DNA of 63,473 nt, filler included, from Fonticula-like sp. SCN 57-25 (Eukaryota), in the NCBI GenBank assembly GCA_001724245.1. It is 7 parts of 7 records of this genome, joined end to end, with 100 filler letters (N's around TTAATTAATTAA, not from the genome) between each part and the next. Parts side by side here need not be neighbours in the genome. Positions count along the whole stretch, not along the records: positions 45,698 to 54,539 come from MEDX01000284.1; positions 54,640 to 63,473 come from MEDX01000285.1; 5 more parts are not named here. The stretch is one strand, 5' to 3'. Below the pieces are notes generated by a model that was not told the DNA's origin, ran no database searches, and saw only the letters and a program-made list of their open reading frames with translations. Shown here in pieces: positions 51,077 through 63,473 of the stretch (its first letter is position 1; each line of letters begins with the position of its first letter). The position numbers and the translations under genes were made by a program.

Positions 51077-53111
51077 TCAGTACATTGTGAGCGCGTTCTC
51101 GAGGATGGATGCGAGCGCCTCCGCCGTCGCCTCCCTCGGCGCGAGCTTGATGACGCGGTGCTGCGGGAGCGCGCCCTGCACGAGCCGCTCGATGTCGCCC
51201 GACCCGTACCCGAGCGCCTTGATGCCGTTCGGGACATTGAGATCCCCCAGGAAGCGGCGCAGCGCGTCGGCGATGATGCGGCCGGCATCCGCCGTCTTGG
51301 CGTTGCTCACATCCGCGCCAAAGAGGGCGGCCATCTGAAGGTGACGCTCGGCATTCGTGGCGGCGGTGAATTCAAACACGCTGGGGGCGGTGATGGCGAC
51401 CGAAACGCCGTGTGGCTGCAGAGCGCAAGCGTCAAATGGTCAGTACCATGAAAGGGCGATGGAGAAGATAGTCAAAGGAAAGCATGATAACCAAAGGAAA
51501 ACATGCGCAAAGGCATAGGAAAGCATGTTCAAAGAGGTTAAAAGACAAAAAAAGCATGCTCAAAGGCAACAAATTCCAATTAAACAACAAAAACAAAAGT
51601 ACGTACGATAAGGGCGTGGTCGAGGTGTTCGTAGCCAGGGTGCTTGTATGTCTTGTTGCCGCCCGAGATTGGGTACGACAGGCCGTGGCAGAGGTGAACG
51701 CCCGCGTTGCCAAAGCCAATGCCGGCGTACGTGGCCGCGAGTGACATGTCGTTGAGGGCCACGAGGTCAGAGGGGTCGCGGACGGTGCGCGGAAGAGCAT
51801 CAATCGTCATCTTGAGTGCTGTTAATGACAGGGGATTAGCACGAAAATAATAGACAAGATGCAGCCAATACAAATGGGCATTAAATATGCACTTTCATTC
51901 GACATATCTATAGCTATATATGACGCTTCAAGACACACAAAAGTGCCAATTTTTACTCAATTTTTCAGTTTCATCCCAATTTTGACCCTATTTTCGCCAA
52001 TTTTACACTTTTTTCCCGCCCATTTCAACCCATTTTTCGCACCTGTAAAAGACCAAATGTCGCTGATTGGATTCGCCCCCTGATACGTTGGCCTATCAAT
52101 CGGGTTCGCCGGCCGCGGCCTCCGCTCCGTATACGGAATCGCCGAGAACGACTCCATCGCATGGCAGAGCACGTCGAGACCCGCCGCCGTGCGAATGTGC
52201 TTATTGGCCGACGCCATGTTGAGCGTGTCGACAATGCCGAGTGTAGGGCGCAGGTTGCGGTGCGTGATGCCCGTCTTGGCGCCGAGCGGCTCATAGTCAA
52301 AGATGGCGGTGCCGGTGGTCTCGCTGCCGGTTCCGGCAGTCGTCGGCACTAGAAGGGGAGCGGGAATGGGTAAGAAAACAAGTAAAAAGGGCCAAAATGA
52401 CACGGAAAATGCACAAATTGACACAAAAATGAGTACAAAATGACACAAAATGACACAAAATGACACAAAATGACGCCAAATGACACCAAATTTCCCATCT
52501 TGCTACTTTTCCGCCAGTCATCGTCGCCCTCTTCAAATACGCACTCGCGATCAGCGGAAAGAGTCGCTTGGTAATCGGCTTCCCCTTGCCGATTGGCGCG
52601 TTGACAAAGTCCAAAAAGTCGGCTTCTTTGTGCGTCGCGTACAGGTTTGCCGCCTTGCACGTGTCCATGACGGACCCGCCGCCGAGCGCGACGAACCCGT
52701 CGTACCCGCCGAGCTTGGCCTTTTCGGCGGCAGCGCGGAAGCTCGCGTCCGTGGGCTCGGCGCGCACGCTGTCGTACACGTCAAACGGGACGCCGCTCGC
52801 GCGCAGCGACCCGAGAACCGTCTCAAAGGCCGCTGTCTTGGCAATCTACCGCATCATCATGAGCGGGCATCGCGACAAGCCGCATGGCGCACATTGGGAT
52901 CCGTCATGAAAAGGACCTTTGTCATGCCGAGATTCTGGACGTCCATGCCAACTTCGCGCGACACGCCGCTCCCAAAGCGCACGCTCGAGCCGGCCACTTC
53001 AAAGGCGTAGTCGCCCGCGGGCTGCGTCGCCATGGCCCGACCCGCCCCTGAGCTAGATGTAAGCCAGATGTTTGATGCGAAAGAGGGTGCGAACCAGAGC
53101 AAACGGGACAT
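51077..53111 (-). CDS. ADHFE1: Hydroxyacid-oxoacid transhydrogenase, multi-exon
   Basis: DYAFEVAGSSVRFGSGVSREVGMD, GGGSVMDTCKAANLY, DFVNAPIGKG, PTTAGTGSETT, RPTYQGANPISD, GIGFGNAGVHLCHGLSYPISG, GALPQHRV. Confidence 0.93.
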
Positions 53112-53472
53112 GTCGTCCCGTCAAGATGACCGTGCGAGTGACCGAGCGACGCAATGACGCCAGCAGCAGCCTCGCGGCGCGCCGCCGCCCCCGCACCTGC
53201 CTTGACAACCCACATTCGGTTCAAGTTTCCAAACACCAAATGCTGACACACTCTTAGTTCGTGATTGGTGCATTTATTTCATACGCCATTTTGATTGGTC
53301 GCACTGCAACGAAGTTTACTGCGACTTGCAAGGAATTGTCGAATTTATGTGCAAATGTCTCACTCCATTTTCAATATACTTTTAACAGTATTAACTCTAT
53401 TCAGCACATTTCTTTCTTTCTTTCATATATGTACAAAAAGCGACTTTTATCGCCCCATTCACACATCAATCA

Positions 53473-54539
53473 TTACGCGTCATCGGCAACGAGCATCCTC
53501 CTCAACCTGATGAGATCGCCGGTCAGGTTCGCCGCGAGCGTCGCCGGCACTCCCTTCTCCACACGCGCTCTCTGGCACACCACAACCGGCGTCGGCGCCC
53601 TCCCCGTGACGATCGCCACGGCAACCCCCCATCCCTCCCCCATCGCGAACGCATGCCCCTCATCATACTCTTGCAGCCTCACGCTGATCCCCTCTGGCCC
53701 GATCGTCGCCGCATACCTCACCACACACCCCCTACTCTTCGCCGCCGCGCGCCTTTCCTCGACCGCCGCGAGCGCCGCCGCCACACCCTCGGCCGCCCCC
53801 TCCCACCTCTCCCGCGCGACGATCGGCTCGATCTCGAGCGGCGGCACGAGCGGCGGCACCGGCGACACCGCCTCCGACTCGCGCTGGAACGCCGCCACGT
53901 GCGACAATAAAAGCGCGCGCGAGAGAAGCGCGCTGCCGCTCAGCGCATTCTCAATGTCGGCCTGCGTGTAGATGTTGCGCAGCGACGCGATCGCGTCCGA
54001 GAGCGGCATTGGGAGGCTCAAGAGGTGCGTTGTGATTGGGCAGAGGCACAGCTCGAGCGAGACGAGGCGGTCGCCGGAGCAGAGGAGGTCAGAGACGGTT
54101 TCGACGAGAGGGAAGCCGGCGTGTGAGACGGATTCTTCATACAGGAATTGGCCAAGAGAGTCGCATGGCGGTGTCAAAATCTCTGGAGAAGTGACAAGAA
54201 AAGAGTGGTTAGTAGAGGGAAAGGGACAAGAAGATGACAAGTAATATAGTCATGAGACACAAATATGAAACAAAAGTAAGCAATTATGGCCATGATACTT
54301 TTGATAGACACAATACTTTACTTTCCATGTATCAACGCATGATGGTAAAAAGCCCATTGTGACACAGTTTTGACACATTTTCCATCATTTTTCTTCCATT
54401 TAACCCCACTTCAGACCCTTTTAACCTACTTTTCTTCCCTCCCCCCCCCTTTATCCCTTTCGTACGGTTCATAACAGCCGGATTCCCCGCCATCCCCTCC
54501 GTATTCGCACTCACCACATGCACGCCCTCCCTCAGCCAC
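53473..54539 (-). CDS. Homoserine dehydrogenase-like domain, degenerate, 3' part of gene (exons >54539-54466, 54182-53473)
   Basis: WL..GVHVVSAN, FLYEESV..GFPLVETVSDLLCSGD, VVRYAATI, HAFA and GDLIRL follow the order of HSD C-terminal motifs. Confidence 0.6.
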
Positions 54540-54639
54540 NNNNNNNNNNNNNNNNNNNNNNNNNNNNNNNNNNNNNNNNNNNNTTAATTAATTAANNNNN
54601 NNNNNNNNNNNNNNNNNNNNNNNNNNNNNNNNNNNNNNN
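54540..54639. other. Artificial contig linker
   Basis: N44-TTAATTAATTAA-N44. Confidence 0.98.
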
Positions 54640-54774
54640 AAATTGAAATGATGGTATTATATTGTCATTGGTCACATTCACACTACGTGTATGCTGATGG
54701 TAATAAACAAAGATATGTTTTAAAAATAGTCTATATACAGCGGCACCTTTCCTACCGCCGCCTACCAACGCCGC

Positions 54775-57700
54775 TTAGGCCGACCCGTAGATCAGCTCGC
54801 GCTGCTGGATCTGGAGCGCCTCCTTTTCGCTGTCGACCATGCCGATGACCGGGGGCCTGGCGACGGACGCCGGGCCGACGTACGAGAGGAGCGCCGGGAG
54901 GAAGAAGAGGCCGTGCAGGAAACCGAGCATGACGATGGTGATGTACATGCGGAAGTAGTAGATGACAAAGATCTGCGACTGGGCAAAGGCGAGCACGATG
55001 ACGCCGAGCAGCTTTGTGATGGTAATTCCCGAAAACACCGACGCGCCAATCTCGTTGAGGGCTATGCGGGCGCGGTCGCGGCGGGTTCCGGTCGCCGTCG
55101 TGTAGGCGCGGACAATGTGAGCGCAAAACTCGACCGAGATGCCGAGCGCCATGACGAGGTTGACGAGCGAGACGGCGTTGAGCGAAATGTTCCAGAGCGC
55201 CATGACGCCGCACAGGCCGACGACAATCATAAACACCGGGATGCACACAAAGAGCGCCGCGACGAGCGAGCCCATGATGAGCGCCGTGACGAGGAAGACG
55301 GCGAGCAGCGCGACCGACAGCACGAGGAACGCCATGCTGACAATGTCATTGTACTGCTCAAAGTAAATGTAAAACAGCGAGTACGGGAACACGTCCAGGC
55401 CGGGCAGCGCCTCCATGATGCGGTCGCTGATGCGCAGCGCGTTCTGGTACGAGTTGATAAAGTCGGCCTGCGTCGCGAGCACAGTGTGGTACGTGCGGAA
55501 GTGCGAGGCGGTGACAGTCACGTTGCCAAAGTCGGGCACGATCGCGTCAGAGTAGGCGGCGGCGCCGGCAAAGGCGCAGCTCGTGCCGGGCAGCGCCTTC
55601 AGGAACCAGTCCAGGTAAAACATAAACTCTTCGCCTTCGGGGCCAAACTCGGGGAAGTCGCCGGCGCGGTAGCACGTGCGGCAGCCAAACTCAACGTCCT
55701 CCTGGCAGAAGCGCGTCGGGTCGTTGATGTACACGCGGCAGCACTTGGTGTTGACAGGGTTGATCCAGACCAAAAAGTCGTCCATCCAGCTCGCCGAGCT
55801 GAACGAAACGTACGACTCGGTCGGGCGGCGCGCCTCTTCGGCGATAATGTTGGAAACAGAGTCCTCGAGGCACTCGCGGTAGCTGTAGCACAGCTGCGTC
55901 TTGCCCTCAAGCGCGGTCGCGTTGCCGCCGCGCACAACAAAGTACACCGGCGGGCCGACCTCGAGCAGCTCAGTCTGGTCAACAAAGTACGGGATCAGGT
56001 ACGAGTCCTGCGGCAGCGCGACAGACTGGTCCAGGCCCATCTCAATCTGGGGGATGAACGACGCGAGCACAACGAGCAGGGCGAGCGTGCCAAAGACGGC
56101 AAAGAAGCGCGTCACCTTGTGCAGCAGGAACGGCGTGTAGTACTGGACGACAAGGCGCTGCAGGTAGCCCTCATCGGCAAGCTCCTCCGAGGTCGGATCG
56201 TCGACCTTGACCTTGACGCACGGCGCACAGTCGGCGCGGTTGTTCTCCTTGCGGCGCGCGTCAATGGCGACAAGCGCGAGGAAGCAGGTGATCTGGAGCA
56301 AAAAGTCGACAAAGACGGCGACGGCCGAGTAGGCCGCGAACGAGTTGACGGCGGGCATCGTCACGATCGTGCCGAGCAAGAAGGCGACCGACTCGGACGT
56401 GGCCGAGAGCGTGATGGACGGGCCAATCTCAGACATGGTGGCCGCGCAGCGGTCGACAATCGGGGTCGACTTGTCAAGCGCCTCAAACGTGTTGACCATG
56501 ATGAAAATGTTGTCAACGCCGACGGCGAGCACAAGGAAGGGAATCACCTCGGCGATAATGAGCGAGGTCTTGATGCCAGCCATGCTGAAAATGCCGACAG
56601 ACACGAGCACCGAGGCAATGCAAATGAGCACACCGGCGACACCGAGGGTGAACTTGGTGTCGACGACGATGCGGCGCCACGAGGTGAACTTGCCGAGCGC
56701 GATCGAGACGTAGAGGAACATGACAAGGTACGAAATGGCGATCGTCACGAGGTCAGCCGTGCTGCCGCGCGCGAGCTCAAGCTCGATACTCGACTCGGTG
56801 AGGTAGGTGATGCGGAGGTCGGAGTTGGCCGGGTCGGCGGCCACCTTGCCCATGTAGTCGACAAAGACCTTTTCCCACTCGGTCGCGGCCTGGATCTCGT
56901 CCTCATCGAGGCTGTTGAGGAAAGTAAAGGTGGTCACAAAGGCGAGCGAGTCCATGTACTCGGTGCCCTCAAAGCCGCCGAGCGCAATCTGGGGCTTCAT
57001 CGGGTCCATGTAGAGCGGGAGGCACGAAATCTCGTTCTCGTCGCCGGGGAACGACGGGTTGTGCGTGCACGTCTCCATGTGGCCGTACCAGTCGGGGTCG
57101 GCGAGGAAGGCCTCCTTGTCCGTCTGCCAGTAGCCAGTCACGGCAATGATGGCGCAGGCGTCGCCGAGCGGCTTGAAGCACAGCGAGTCGACCGTGTGGT
57201 TCTCGCCGTTGTACTGGGCGACAAGCTCGTAAACGCCGTTCTCAATGTCAAACATGCGGTCAACGACGCTCTTGTCAAAGATGGGCTCTCCGGGCTTGTT
57301 CGCCCACGAGATAATGTACTGCTCCGTGCGGTAAAAGGGACCAAAGTTCTCGTCAAAGAACGCCTTCTGCTCGCGCGTGTCGGCCTCGTAGCCAACCCAC
57401 AGCTCGACGGGGTCCGTCTCGACCTGGAAGTTGACCAGGCCAATGCAGAGCGACTGGACAATGAGCAGCGAAGCGAGGATGACCGCCGACGGGTTCGACG
57501 CCACCCAGCGGCCGAGCACGTAAAAGCCGCGCTGCAGCCACGAGTACACGATCCATTCCTTGGGCTCAACGGCGGCAACGGCCTTGTACTCGTTTACCGG
57601 CGTGTACTCGGTCTCGTCGTCGCGGTTGCGGCGGACAAACAAGAGGATAAGCGAGATGATGAGCAGGACGGCGTAGAGGATGATCAGCGACAAGGACAGG

Positions 57701-58627
57701 CAGCTGATCGAGCCGACATAGCACTCAATCTTGTTGCTCTCGATCGGCGGCGGCTCGCGGCACGACGAAGGGCAGTCGACGCACACGCACTCGTAGCCCT
57801 CGTCAGCGCATCCGTAGGCCGGCGGGTTGGCGGGGACAATGTCGGGGTCGCTGATCGGCTCGGACGCGTTGGGGAAGCCAATGTAAAAGGGCGTGCCGAG
57901 CGCGTTGGGCGTGCCCATGTACGTGAGCATCTCGAGGTAGTTGGAAGCGCCGCCACCAATGAAGAGCATTGCGTCCGTGTTACTCATGCCGTACTTGACG
58001 TCCTTGCACGACTCGTAAAAGCCCGTGCCAAACTCCTCATCAACCCAGTACGTGCCGCTCAGGACAGCGTTCGGGTTGGGCAGCTCGCCGGACGGATCCG
58101 GGCCGTACGCGGTGACGTTGAAGTAGAGCGAGTTGTTGGGGGAGCACGTCATGGTGCACCACATTTCCTATATTACAGGTGAGTATCCCGCGCATGCGCC
58201 TTTTCTGAAACGCACGATCATGTTGGTCATGCAGGCGGGGCAGCTGGCAATGAAGGGCATGGCCATGCCGAGCGAAGCCTCCATGGAACGGAACTGGGCC
58301 GCGTCGCAGCAGAGGTTGGGCATGTTTTCTTCATTGTACGCTGCGCCGCACATGGAGACAAGGTCGGTACGGAAAATATCATTGTCGGTCGGCTGTCGCG
58401 CGGATCGTTAGCCAAGCAAACCAAACAAAGGCGGCTTTGCCGGTGCGTACCAGAGCCGGTCCATTGTACGCGCACGGGAGCTGTCCCTTGGACCCCCTGT
58501 CCGACGTGCCGCACTCGCCATACATGGCGCAGTAGCCCTCCTGGCGGATCACAGTGTCATACTGCGCATGACCGCCGACGACGAGCACGCTGAGCACGAG
58601 AAGCGCAAGCAGCGATCGCCCCATCAT
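54775..58627 (-). CDS. NPC1: Niemann-Pick C1 / NCR1 sterol transporter, 3 exons
   Basis: CAMYGECG, LCCD..Q, CPAC, TCSP, ETDPVELW, FGPFYRTEQ, SSD EVIPFLVLAVGVDNIF, GLDQSVALPQDSYL, GPPVYFV, SHFRTYHT, VFSGITITK. Confidence 0.96.
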
Positions 58628-59362
58628 GGTGTCTCTTCAAGAGATCAACCGAAAAGGATAAAAGCAAACGATAAGGCGCTCTCCAGTAGCAAGAAATAAG
58701 CCTCCAGAAAGATCCGGTGCCGGCGCGCCCGTGCTACAGCAAAGAAAAAAATGCAACTGCGGCGTGGGCGTCGGTGGGCCGCGCCAATATCTCGATCGAA
58801 TGTAGCCGTTCTGATGAATGAATGGCTCTTTCACTCCGCCCATCCACGTGGCGGAACATGCGACAATATGAGGTCACAGGAGCACCAATTTCCGATGCGA
58901 GCATCTGATTGGTCGGTCAAAGTGGGACGATGCCCTGGCGGCCAATAAACCTCCTAACGAGTGTGCTTGGTCACGTGATGATTAATTCTGACATGGCCTC
59001 GAACGTCCCGCCAAAAATACGACACAATCAGCAGAATTACCGCCAGAGCCCCACTATGGCGATAGGTAATGGCGCGCGGCGGGTGAGGAGAACCTCGGCG
59101 CTTATTGGGGGCCGCAAAGAGTCGCAAAATTACATGGAAAGTGTTGCGGCTGGTGGACTCACACCGCACTATTTGCGCGGGAAACGGTATTATTTCCAGG
59201 ATAAGGGTAGGTTATATGTGTGTTCGTAGTTTTATCGATAAAAGAGGTCATGTTTGGGTCCATTATGGCACAAGAGTATTAAAAATGCATTGGTAATGTA
59301 CACATTGGATGTATGGCATGCATGAAAATGGTGAATATGAACTACAAAATACACAGCAGCTG

Positions 59363-59966
59363 CTACCGCTTCACAGTGGAAACCTCCTTGGCCAAAAGGT
59401 GCTGCTTTCCCTCCCATGTCAGCGAGTAGCGCCCGTTGTCATCGACGTCGAGGAGAGGTGTGAGTGTCGCGGTGATCGCTGGGCGGATGAGGGCGCGCGT
59501 GTCCTTGAGCGACGCAAGCGGGCTCGGGTAGTAGAGCTGCCCGTTCTCCGTCGCCGACACGAGCGACGGCTCGAACGGGACCGTCTTGTCACCTGCCCAC
59601 ACTAGCTCTTTCCCTGCGACACGTCATCAGCATCGAGATCGGCATGCCTGCTGCTGCGTACTGTTCGAGGTAAAGTCGTGAAAGACGATCGGGCGATCCT
59701 CGACCTCTATAAAGTTGACTTCGCGGCCGCATGGGCTCACGTACGGGTACGGCTCATCGGGGAACTCGGTGTTGGGCTTTACCCTCGAAAAGAAAAAGTT
59801 TAGAAAGCGCTTGTCCTTGAAACCTTGTTTCACAATGTCAGCATCACAGTGGCGGCCCGGAGCGAATCAAGCGGTGCGCACAAGACATAAAGTTGCGCGG
59901 GAACGTGTCGTGCAGAAACAGCTGCCCGTGCGAGTCAAGGTAGTAGTAGTACCGACGGACGGCCAT
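59363..59966 (-). CDS. C8orf82/UPF0598-like protein, 3 exons
   Basis: YYYYLDSHGQLFLHD...NFMSC|FKDKRFLNFFF, YPYVSPCGRE.NFIEVEDRPIVF, VPFEPSL...NGQLYYP. Confidence 0.85.
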
Positions 59967-60173
59967 CGCCGCCGCCCTCGGCCCTGTCAGCGTCATTCAA
60001 ATAATAGGCCACGTGGATAAGGATCAACAGTGCGGGATCAGCGCAAGTGTGTCGCGTACTGCATTTTGAATGTGCCTGTGAGCATGCAAACTGAATGAAC
60101 ACAGTATAAAATATATTGTTGTATCTAACAATGTGTAATGGAAAAAAGTTTGTCTAGGCTGGGGAAAAGCTGT

Positions 60174-61529
60174 CTAGGCGCTGCAGGCCTTCTCGATGGC
60201 CTGCTTGAGGTCCTAGTGAAATAGTGGTCAGCGCACTGTAATGCGGTCAGAACGAGCGCGTACCTGGACGAGGTCGGCGGCGTCCTCGATACCGCACGAG
60301 AGGCGGATGAGGGTGTCGGTGATGCCGAGCGCGAGGCGCTCCTCGGGGCGGAGCGCAAGGTGAGTCATGAGCGCGGGGATCTCGCAGAGCGACTCGATGC
60401 CGCCGAGCGACTCGGCGAGGGTGAACAGCTTGACGTGGTTGAAGAAGCTGTAATAAAAATTATTGTGAGTAAATGATGACGGCGCGGTCAGACCACGTGA
60501 CGTACCGCTTGGCAACCTCGAGGTCGCCCTTGATGCGGAAGCTGATCATGCCGCCAAAGCCGGTCTGCTGCTTGCAGCTGATGGCGTGCTGCGGGTGCGA
60601 CGGGAGGCCGGGGTAGATAACCTCGGTGACGAGCGGCGACGCCTCGAGGAAGTTGGCGACGGCGAACGCGTTGCGCTCGTGCGTCTGCATGCGGACGTGG
60701 AGCGTCTTGAGGCCGCGGTTGGCGAGGTAGCAGTCGAACGGCGACGGGATCGCGCCGATCGAGTTCTGGAGGAACAAGAGGCGAGCAAACACCTCCTCGT
60801 TGCTGGTGGCCAGCACGCCCATCACGGCATCAGAGTGGCCGTTAATGTACTTGGTCACCGAGTGGACGACAATGTCGGCGCCGAGCGACAGCGGGCGCTG
60901 GAAGTAGGGCGACATGAACGTGTTGTCAACGACAAGGAGAACGCCGGGGTGCTCCTTGACAATGTCGGCGACGCCGCGGATGTCAATCACGCGGAGCGTG
61001 GGGTTGGTCGGGGTCTCAACCCACACGAGCTGACAAATCGACCGGGCGTCAGTGGCAGATCCAGAGCGCATGCGGCATCGCGTACCTTGGTGTTGGGCTT
61101 GAAGGCCGTGCGCAGGTTGGCGAGGTCGGTCATGTCGACGAACGAGCTCTCAAAGCCGATCGGGCCGGCCACGCGGTTGAAGTACCGGTTGGTGCCACCG
61201 TACACGTCGTTGACCGAGATGATGTGGTCGCCGGCCTTGAACATGTTGATGATGGTGGCCGTGGTGGCCGAGCCCGACGAGAAGGCGAGCGCGTGCTTGG
61301 CGCCCTCGAGCTCGGCGATGGCCGTCTCAAAGGACTCGCGGGTCGGGTTGCCCGAGCGCGAGTAGTCGTACTTGCCGATCGGCTGGCCGGGCGACGTCTG
61401 CTTGAACGTCGTCGACAGCGAAAGCGGGGGGATGACGGCACCGGTCACGCCATCGGGCTCCTGGCCGGCGTGCACGGCAATGGTGCCAATGCTCTCAAAG
61501 GCGGGAAGGCAAGCGGGCTTGGTCGCCAT
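60174..61529 (-). CDS. CTH: Cystathionine gamma-lyase, 4 exons
   Basis: HAGQEPD, LSTTFKQ, YDYSRSGNPTR, DVYGGTNRYF, VETPTNP, VDNTF.SPYFQRPL, HSVTKY (PLP lysine), YPGLPSHPQH, FTLAESLGG.ESL. Confidence 0.93.
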
Positions 61530-61681
61530 GATTTGTATCAAAGAGGTAGAGGGGTCACCTGGTAGAACCGGAGACAACTAAAAGGGTCCCGTGGGAATCG
61601 ACCCTTGCTAATCCACGTGGATATATCGACACTGTTGTGGCAGGCTTGCTCACAGTGAAAATTGGCTGTGGGCAGGTAGCG

Positions 61682-63473
61682 ATGGCGGGAAGAGGGGCCG
61701 GCGGGCGAGCGCAGGCCGCCAAGACGGTGCTGTCCCTCGTCAAGAACCCGTTCCAGAAGCACAAGGAGGAGGCCGAGGAGAAGAAGCGCGTTCGTACCCT
61801 CGACTATGCTTGAATTGAAGGCAAAGCGCGGTTGTTGCTCACACACGGAAAGAGGCAAGCAGAGGAGGCGGCGCGCGAGCTGCAGGCGTTCGAGGCCGAC
61901 ATGGCGCGCGACTCGTCAAAGCGGGGCGCCTTTGTACGCGGCGAGATTATCAATTCGTCGTCTGCGGGCAAGCAGCAGGCGCCGCAGCCCGTCGCGACGC
62001 TGAGCGACTTTGCCATGGACGATGCCTCGCCGCCACCGGTCGCCGATCCGGCAGCCGGCAAGAAGCGCAGGCAGCTCGACGAGCTACTTGAAGAAATGAA
62101 GCGGTATGTGCGTGATATGTTGATAAAGCTGCTAAGCGGCTTTTTAGGGAACAAGCGACGCGCGAGAGCAAAAAGACCCGTAGCGAGCCCTCCGTCACCG
62201 ATGACTCTAGCAACCTCTTTATCACCAACCTCGGGCTGGACGTGACCGAGGACGCCATCTGTAGAGAGTTTGGCCGCTTTGGCCCCATCGCCTCTGTCAA
62301 GATTATGTGGCCGCGGCCAGAGGTGTGTCATGCATACCCATTGTGTCCGGCTGCTAACCGCGGGTTGTTCTTGTAGGATCGCGGCCGCACCAAGGACTTG
62401 ACGGCCTTTGTGTGTTTTATGACGCGGCGATCGGCGGAAAAAGCAAAGCGTGAGATGGACGTGACGCACGCGCTCGGCGGCTCGCTTCGGATATCATGGT
62501 CCAAGGCGATCCCGCTTCCCGCCAAACCCCTTTACGATCCCTCTGCAGCAGATGCTCCCGCTGCGCTCCCCTTTGGCGCGCAGATCGCCGATCCGCCTGC
62601 GGGTAGTCTCGACAAGCCGCAGGCGACAGTCACCGTTCAGATTCCGACAGACTCTGCGCTGCGTCGGCGCGTGCACCGAACCGTTGAATTTGTCGTGCTG
62701 CACGGCGAGGCCTTTGAGGCGACGTTAATGGAGCGCGAAAAGGGCAACCCGCATTACTCCTTTCTCTTTGACTTTGATGTGCGCCTTGGACATATTTTTT
62801 GTGTTGCTTATTAATTTTCTAGAGCGCCGCCCACGTGTACTACCGCTGGCGTTTGTACTCTGTTCTTCAAGGCGACGCCGTCGACGCGTGGCGGACCGCT
62901 CCCTTCCGCATGTTTAAAGGTGGCCCACTTTGGATCCCCCCCGCGCCCGTCGAAGTCCCCGGCTCTGTCCGCGGCCTTTTGTCGGCGGCGCAGCGCGAGC
63001 ACCTTGAGCGCCTTCTTGAGCGGCTGTCGCTTGACGCGCGCTCGATTGGCGACGCAATGGTTTGGATTGTCGAGCACGGCGACGCGGCCGATGAGATTGC
63101 GAGTGTCTTGGTGCAGTCGCTGACGGTGGCCGACACGCCGCTGTCGCTCAAGATTGCGCGGCTTTTTCTCGTGTCGGACGTGCTGCACAACAGTAGTGCG
63201 CGCGTGAGCAATGCGTGGAAGCTGCGGACGGCGATTGAGCCGCGGCTCGATGTTGTCTTTGAGCATCTCAGGGTGGCGCACAAGTCCATACCGGCAAGGA
63301 TGCGCGCAGAGCACCTCAGGGTACGAAATAAACAGAGTGCATATTGGATTTTAACGCGCTTTTTTGATAGAAAAATGTGAATATTGTGCTGACAGTGTGG
63401 GAGCGGTGGATGATTTACCCGCCGTCGTCGACAAAGCGGTGGCACGCCATTTTTTCAGAGTCGTCCGAGTAAA
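61682..63473 (+). CDS. U2SURP: U2 snRNP-associated SURP protein (SR140), multi-exon, 3'-truncated
   Basis: RRM (NLFITNL...FGPIASVKIMWPR, AFVCFM), SURP (HRTVEFVVLHGEAFEATLMERE..NPHYSFLF, YYRWRLYS), CID (KIARLFLVSDVLHNS). Confidence 0.92.

Noticed and set aside
54913-58182. 1089-aa plus-strand ORF
   Set aside because: Antisense shadow of NPC1 caused by high GC3 codon bias, with no recognisable motifs. The same applies to most other overlapping ORFs in the track.
58700-59230. Intergenic stretch with CTGATGA and small hairpins, suggesting a ribozyme or snoRNA
   Set aside because: Could not build a hammerhead core or a convincing C/D or H/ACA structure by eye; an Rfam search would be needed.

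Overview
Eukaryotic, intron-containing, GC-rich genomic DNA, most likely from a unicellular opisthokont (holozoan or early fungal relative; this is an inference from gene content). The window is not contiguous. Seven unrelated contigs of about 9 kb are joined by artificial 100-nt N44-TTAATTAATTAA-N44 linkers, so neighbourhoods across linkers mean nothing. It holds about 30 densely packed genes, mostly with short GT-AG introns: LETM1, LIS1, TMEM184, FDXR, CMTR2, tomosyn, TMA7, UNC93-like, a P-loop ATPase with a truncated paralog, a Nudix hydrolase, LRR-PP2C, SH3BGRL, RAB18, CENP-X, a CTD-phosphatase-like gene, RapGAP, BLTP1/Csf1, SF3B5, METTL15, TAF11, an IPT-PSI membrane protein, mitochondrial ACP, ADHFE1, a homoserine-dehydrogenase-like gene, NPC1, C8orf82-like, CTH and U2SURP. 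It also has one tRNA-Thr(CGT) and two decayed DNA-transposase relics. The most notable observations are: a U12-type AT-AC intron in the tomosyn gene; an intronless EVH1/PH-like + zincin protease + NEMO-type zinc finger protein; strong CACGTG/TGACGTCA enrichment through the BLTP1 coding sequence; a CMTR2 with an internal G-patch; a CENP-X stop codon 2 nt before the next same-strand ATG; a probable homoserine dehydrogenase pseudoenzyme; and a recurrent TTTGCAGTTTG element just upstream of start codons. All family assignments come from motif recognition by eye, with no database searches.
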